Assembly (NCBI GenBank): GCA_963717465.1 | Contig: OY970340.1 | Span: forward strand, 1,376,001 to 1,440,000 | From: Candidatus Bathyarchaeota archaeon | GTDB lineage: Archaea > Thermoproteota > Bathyarchaeia > Bathyarchaeales > Bathycorpusculaceae | DNA: 64,000 nucleotides | Direction of reading: 5' to 3' | Shown here: positions 60,200 to 64,000 of the stretch, piece by piece | Position numbering within the stretch: the stretch's first letter is position 1 | Layout of the letters: every line of letters starts with the position of its first letter | Notes under the pieces: model-generated | Told to the model about the DNA's origin: nothing | What the model saw: only the letters and a program-made list of their open reading frames with translations | Databases searched by the model: none | Position numbers and translations under genes: made by a program

Positions 60200-62368
60200 T
60201 TAAGGATACCCAATGTTTCCTGAAATCGTGCAGTTTGACCCGAAGTTGCCCCATACTGCTCCAAACTCATTTGATACTAAAACATTTCCTTCGACAAGAC
60301 AGAAATCTTCTGAGCCTCCATTGGCTGTGACGTATATCCCATATCCTTGAGTTTTAGCCGTCTGATCGTCAAAAATAATATTTTGGGATATTATACTATT
60401 TACGACATGGTTAAGATTAATTCCATTGAAATATGTGCTGTCGCCAGCTTGACCAAAATCTGAAATAACGTTGCTTGTAATGGCCACATTTGAAATAGGC
60501 GTTGAATCTCCTTGCAAATTGATACCTGAGTAACCGCCACCTTGAATTTTGTTATTGGCAATGATACTTCCGCTTGGATAAATACTAAAACCATCTCCTC
60601 CACTTACTCCAAAATACGATGAATCTGTAATCGTGTTACCAATTACTGTCTCCTGTATCCCCGCCATCATGATTCCATTAGCACAATCAGTAATTGTGTT
60701 ACCGATAATGGTTGTAGCGTTACCTCCAAATACTCCTGCTCCATTTTGAACGTGAGAGATTACGTTTCCTGTTACAATTATGCTGGTGCCTCCACATGCG
60801 TCAATGCCATTGCGGTATGAATCAGCAATTATGTTTCCGGAAATGGTAACGTTGGATGGATAATACAATAAGCTACCATCTGATTCAACAATTATTCCAT
60901 CATATTCACCAACTCCACCGTAAACAACGTTTCCAGTAACTGTCCCCTGTTCTATATTTCCAAAAATGTCTATTCCAAATCCCACGCCGGGCTGGGATTG
61001 ATTAATAATATTATCATTGATAACGAAATCATAATTCCGATTCGACCCAGCTGTCCCGATGCTTATCCCTGAATCATACGTTTGTTCTACGGTGTTACCT
61101 GTAAAGACATGTTCATTGCCGTCGCACATGTTGATGATCCAAATATTTTTTACAAAATTATTTTCAAAATATAAGTAGCTTCCATGTAAATCTATGGCGC
61201 CTTTCATAGCCGTCACTGGATTGGAAAATTCACAGTTTTGAATCGTCATATAAGTCGTGAAAGGATAAACAAACTCTGACCACCCATCAATTATCCTTTC
61301 AGCTAAATTATTTGAATCAAAACTGACATCTCGAATTGTTATGTTTGTATATCCAGTTACGGGAATAGTGGCAAACATAGTCATGTTATTCGTCATGGCA
61401 CGAAAAACTACCCCTTGATCTCCATCGATCACCAAGTTGTTACTAAATGGCACATCCATATATAACGGATAAATACCGCTTCTAAAGTAAACTTCGCCAC
61501 CATAAAAGAAAGCTTGAGTAATTACCGAACTTGCATCAGTTGAAGCGAAGTAAACAGAGCCATCGGCTTTAAAAGCAAGAAACCAAGTCGTCGATGTTGC
61601 TAAAGAAGTTTCGTTAGTCGCTATTGTATAACTACTAGAAACGTATCCTCCAAAAGCATTGTTAAAATCAGGCTCATCGATTTTAGCTCCATCAGCTATT
61701 GAGGCATATTTTATCCCAATGGTTTCAAGTTCAGCAACAATTGTAGCATTTCCAGGAACATTCAATTCTGCTCCAGTATAATTACCTGCCCGAATAGTTA
61801 TTGTTCCTCCTTGAGCAATTGCGTCGTTAAGAGTGACGTTGGCGGATGTTGAAGCAAAGGCTGGAATTATGTTGCCGTTCGTACCATTAATCACTTGATA
61901 ATTACTATTATCATCGCAAGAAACGATATAGCTTGCAGTTGAAGCTAAATTATTGTAAGTATCTATAAACAAAACTGCAGCCGCTGCATTAGCAGATTGA
62001 GCTGTAGAGTTCACGGTTACAGTTATCCAACAAAAATCCAGATTTCCCGTTAAAAACCTAAAAACCGCTTGGTTACCATCAGTCAACAAAAGAATCTCGG
62101 AACCATTGACTGCTAAATCGCCTAAGGAAGAGCTTTTAATTGACCAGACATAATTCAAAGATGTAGCAGTGGTACTTACGTCAGCAATAAAAACCTTAGT
62201 TTGATTCAAACCTAACGCAACAGGTCCAGAAGGCAGGATCGAAACCGAAAAAGTAGAATTTTCAGATAAACTGTTTTGCAAAACGGCATAACCAACAAAT
62301 GAACTGCTTACTAGTATAGCTAGAAAGAGAAAAATGAACGGTTTCGAATAAAAAAACCTTGCGCCCAT
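60200..62368 (-). CDS. Secreted right-handed parallel beta-helix (NosD/pectin lyase-like) protein
   Basis: N-terminal TM/signal; many I.GN.I...GI repeats. Confidence 0.82.
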   Translation of the reverse strand: MGARFFYSKPFIFLFLAILVSSSFVGYAVLQNSLSENSTFSVSILPSGPVALGLNQTKVFIADVSTTATSLNYVWSIKSSSLGDLAVNGSEILLLTDGNQAVFRFLTGNLDFCWITVTVNSTAQSANAAAAVLFIDTYNNLASTASYIVSCDDNSNYQVINGTNGNIIPAFASTSANVTLNDAIAQGGTITIRAGNYTGAELNVPGNATIVAELETIGIKYASIADGAKIDEPDFNNAFGGYVSSSYTIATNETSLATSTTWFLAFKADGSVYFASTDASSVITQAFFYGGEVYFRSGIYPLYMDVPFSNNLVIDGDQGVVFRAMTNNMTMFATIPVTGYTNITIRDVSFDSNNLAERIIDGWSEFVYPFTTYMTIQNCEFSNPVTAMKGAIDLHGSYLYFENNFVKNIWIINMCDGNEHVFTGNTVEQTYDSGISIGTAGSNRNYDFVINDNIINQSQPGVGFGIDIFGNIEQGTVTGNVVYGGVGEYDGIIVESDGSLLYYPSNVTISGNIIADSYRNGIDACGGTSIIVTGNVISHVQNGAGVFGGNATTIIGNTITDCANGIMMAGIQETVIGNTITDSSYFGVSGGDGFSIYPSGSIIANNKIQGGGYSGINLQGDSTPISNVAITSNVISDFGQAGDSTYFNGINLNHVVNSIISQNIIFDDQTAKTQGYGIYVTANGGSEDFCLVEGNVLVSNEFGAVWGNFGSNCTISGNIGYP

Positions 62369-62882
62369 AAAAAATCTCCAAAAAAACAGGAAAAGGCTTG
62401 CTGCCTTGTCAACTGGTTACTATTTAATGGAGTAAACACAACGGCTCTAAATAGATATGTGACTGCAATACGTGACAACGAACGACGAAAACGTGACAAC
62501 AAACGATGAAAAGCAATAAACAACTAAATGCTTATTTTATCTCAATTCTATTTTTTAAAGAAATAACTCAAAAACTACTCCTTAATAAAAGTTGGAAAAC
62601 AAAAACAAGCTTTCTGAAATTTCCAATCCTAGTTCTGAACATGAAGCTTTGAATAGGTGTTTGTAGTTTAAGGGTTTTGCTATTAAGGCTGCAAGTGTGC
62701 AGATGGCGTAAAATTGAGTAAATATGTAAAAATCTTAGAGGTCTTTCCAGTAAAGAGCGAGCAATTCGCTTTTTTGTTGATGCTGTCATTTTCTGGGATA
62801 AAGTTTTTTGATAATTCATGATGTAATATTGATTTCGTTAAAAATATGATTCAATAGCTTAGAGGTTTAATAAACGGTAGTT

Positions 62883-63260
62883 ATGTATTCGTTCAATGGA
62901 GACCCTTTCAGTTTTATGGATAGAGCAAGTTTGATAAGGTTACGCCTGAGCGCAATGCGCGCCGGCGTCTGGTTTAGACGCTTGCCACGAATAGACCGTG
63001 TACTCGTTGAATTAACTATAAGAGTTGCAAGAGCCAAAATTCTTGGCGCTTCGCTGATTCATCGGCTTTTTGCTGTTGTATCCAAGCTAAAGGGTCTTCT
63101 TGAAAACAAGCTTTCCCTTATGATAAAACAGTATGGTGTGCCGCTAGCAAACAAGATATGTTGTTTGGCGCAGAAATGGGGCAACGTTACGGCAAAGGCA
63201 TGGGTTGACGATTTAGAGTTTGCCCGATACCTAGCTGCTTTGAAGCTTAATTCTAATTAG
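62883..63260 (+). CDS. Conserved archaeal basic hypothetical protein (copy 2)
   Basis: Paralog of 44245-44625 (AMRAGVWFRRL.RIDR, KWGN). Confidence 0.8.
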   Translation: MYSFNGDPFSFMDRASLIRLRLSAMRAGVWFRRLPRIDRVLVELTIRVARAKILGASLIHRLFAVVSKLKGLLENKLSLMIKQYGVPLANKICCLAQKWGNVTAKAWVDDLEFARYLAALKLNSN

Positions 63261-63510
63261 CTAAATCATGAATATTAGCGAAGCCAAAAATGTGAAACGT
63301 CTTTGGAAAACCATATTTAGTGCAGTTTTGATGGCTATTTTTATGGTTGTTTACGCTTGGATTTTGAATAACAGAATTGAAATATTAAGTAATTACTATT
63401 TGTGTTCTTATTTTTTCGATTTCGCAGGCTATTTATTATCGGCGGTAGCATCCATTTGCTGAGTGACTTGAGCAAGTGCTCCATTCTGATTATACATCGG
63501 TGCTTGACTA

Positions 63511-63600
63511 ATGTCTAAACGATTTGTTTCTCTTATAATTCATTGCAAGAATACCAATGTTTATACCAGAGAATGTGTTAAACAGTGCGAACAGCTAGCT
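63511..63600 (+). pseudogene. N-terminal stub of a GT2 gene, paralogous to 45473
   Basis: FVSLIIHCKNTNVYTRECVKQC versus SVSIVIPCKNIDAYTKECIDQC. Confidence 0.65.
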
Positions 63601-63708
63601 AAAAATGCAATCGTTGATAGTGAAAGGATGATGAGTGCACTTCCTATCCTTAACAAACTCAAAATTGGATGTCATAGAACAAACTTGCCATCTTAAAGAG
63701 GTTTTAAA

Positions 63709-64000
63709 GTGAAGATACTTGTAACTGGCGGCGCTGGAATGCTGGGAAGTTCTTTATGCCCTACGCTCTCGAAAAGGCAACACGAAATTTTTATTACCGA
63801 TTTAGCCCCACCTAATACACAAATTGAGCACTTGGATGTTAGAAACTTAAAGCAAATAGAAGAAATGGTGACAAAAGTAAAACCTGACGTAATAATGCAT
63901 TTAGCCGCTGAAACTGATGTTGATAAGTGCGAACTTGAGCCGGATACTGCATTTCTCACAAATACTATAGGGACTAAAAATGTTGCTTTAGTGTGCCAAA
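63709..64000 (+). CDS. rmlD: dTDP-4-dehydrorhamnose reductase-like SDR (partial, runs off the window)
   Basis: GTG-KILVTGGAGMLG...KPDVIMHLAAETDVDKCE..P..A...N..GTKN. Confidence 0.85.
   Translation, partial: MKILVTGGAGMLGSSLCPTLSKRQHEIFITDLAPPNTQIEHLDVRNLKQIEEMVTKVKPDVIMHLAAETDVDKCELEPDTAFLTNTIGTKNVALVCQ

Noticed and set aside
63693..63959. Minus-strand 88-aa ORF
   Set aside because: Shadow of the plus-strand rmlD-like gene
1..64000. CRISPR array, or type IV CRISPR suggested by the DinG helicases
   Set aside because: No repeat-spacer array and no cas genes seen

Overview
Archaeal chromosomal window, most likely Bathyarchaeia or a related TACK lineage. This is inferred from tRNAs with D-loop introns, a Snf7/ESCRT-III gene, archaeal-type promoters and many B12 radical SAM genes. 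From left to right it holds: housekeeping/transport genes (0.3-10.3 kb); a ~14 kb island bounded by a 26-bp direct repeat of the 3' end of tRNA-Arg(CCT) (10478-24489); tRNA-Leu(TAA); a GH1 glycosidase, UbiA, Snf7 and a receiver protein; a cluster of intact and decayed toxin-antitoxin modules; cooC; an NHEJ operon (LigD-Pol, Ku, Lig-PE, DUF72); and a long surface-glycosylation region with an IS5 insertion. The island carries a Septu-like ATPase/HNH pair and the most striking feature: a three-gene operon in which a full-length, PIWI-like Argonaute with a degenerate catalytic tetrad lies between two DinG/XPD-like SF2 helicases, with no fused nuclease. Many single-base frameshifts occur and some may be assembly errors. 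All family calls come from reading motifs by eye; no database searches were run.
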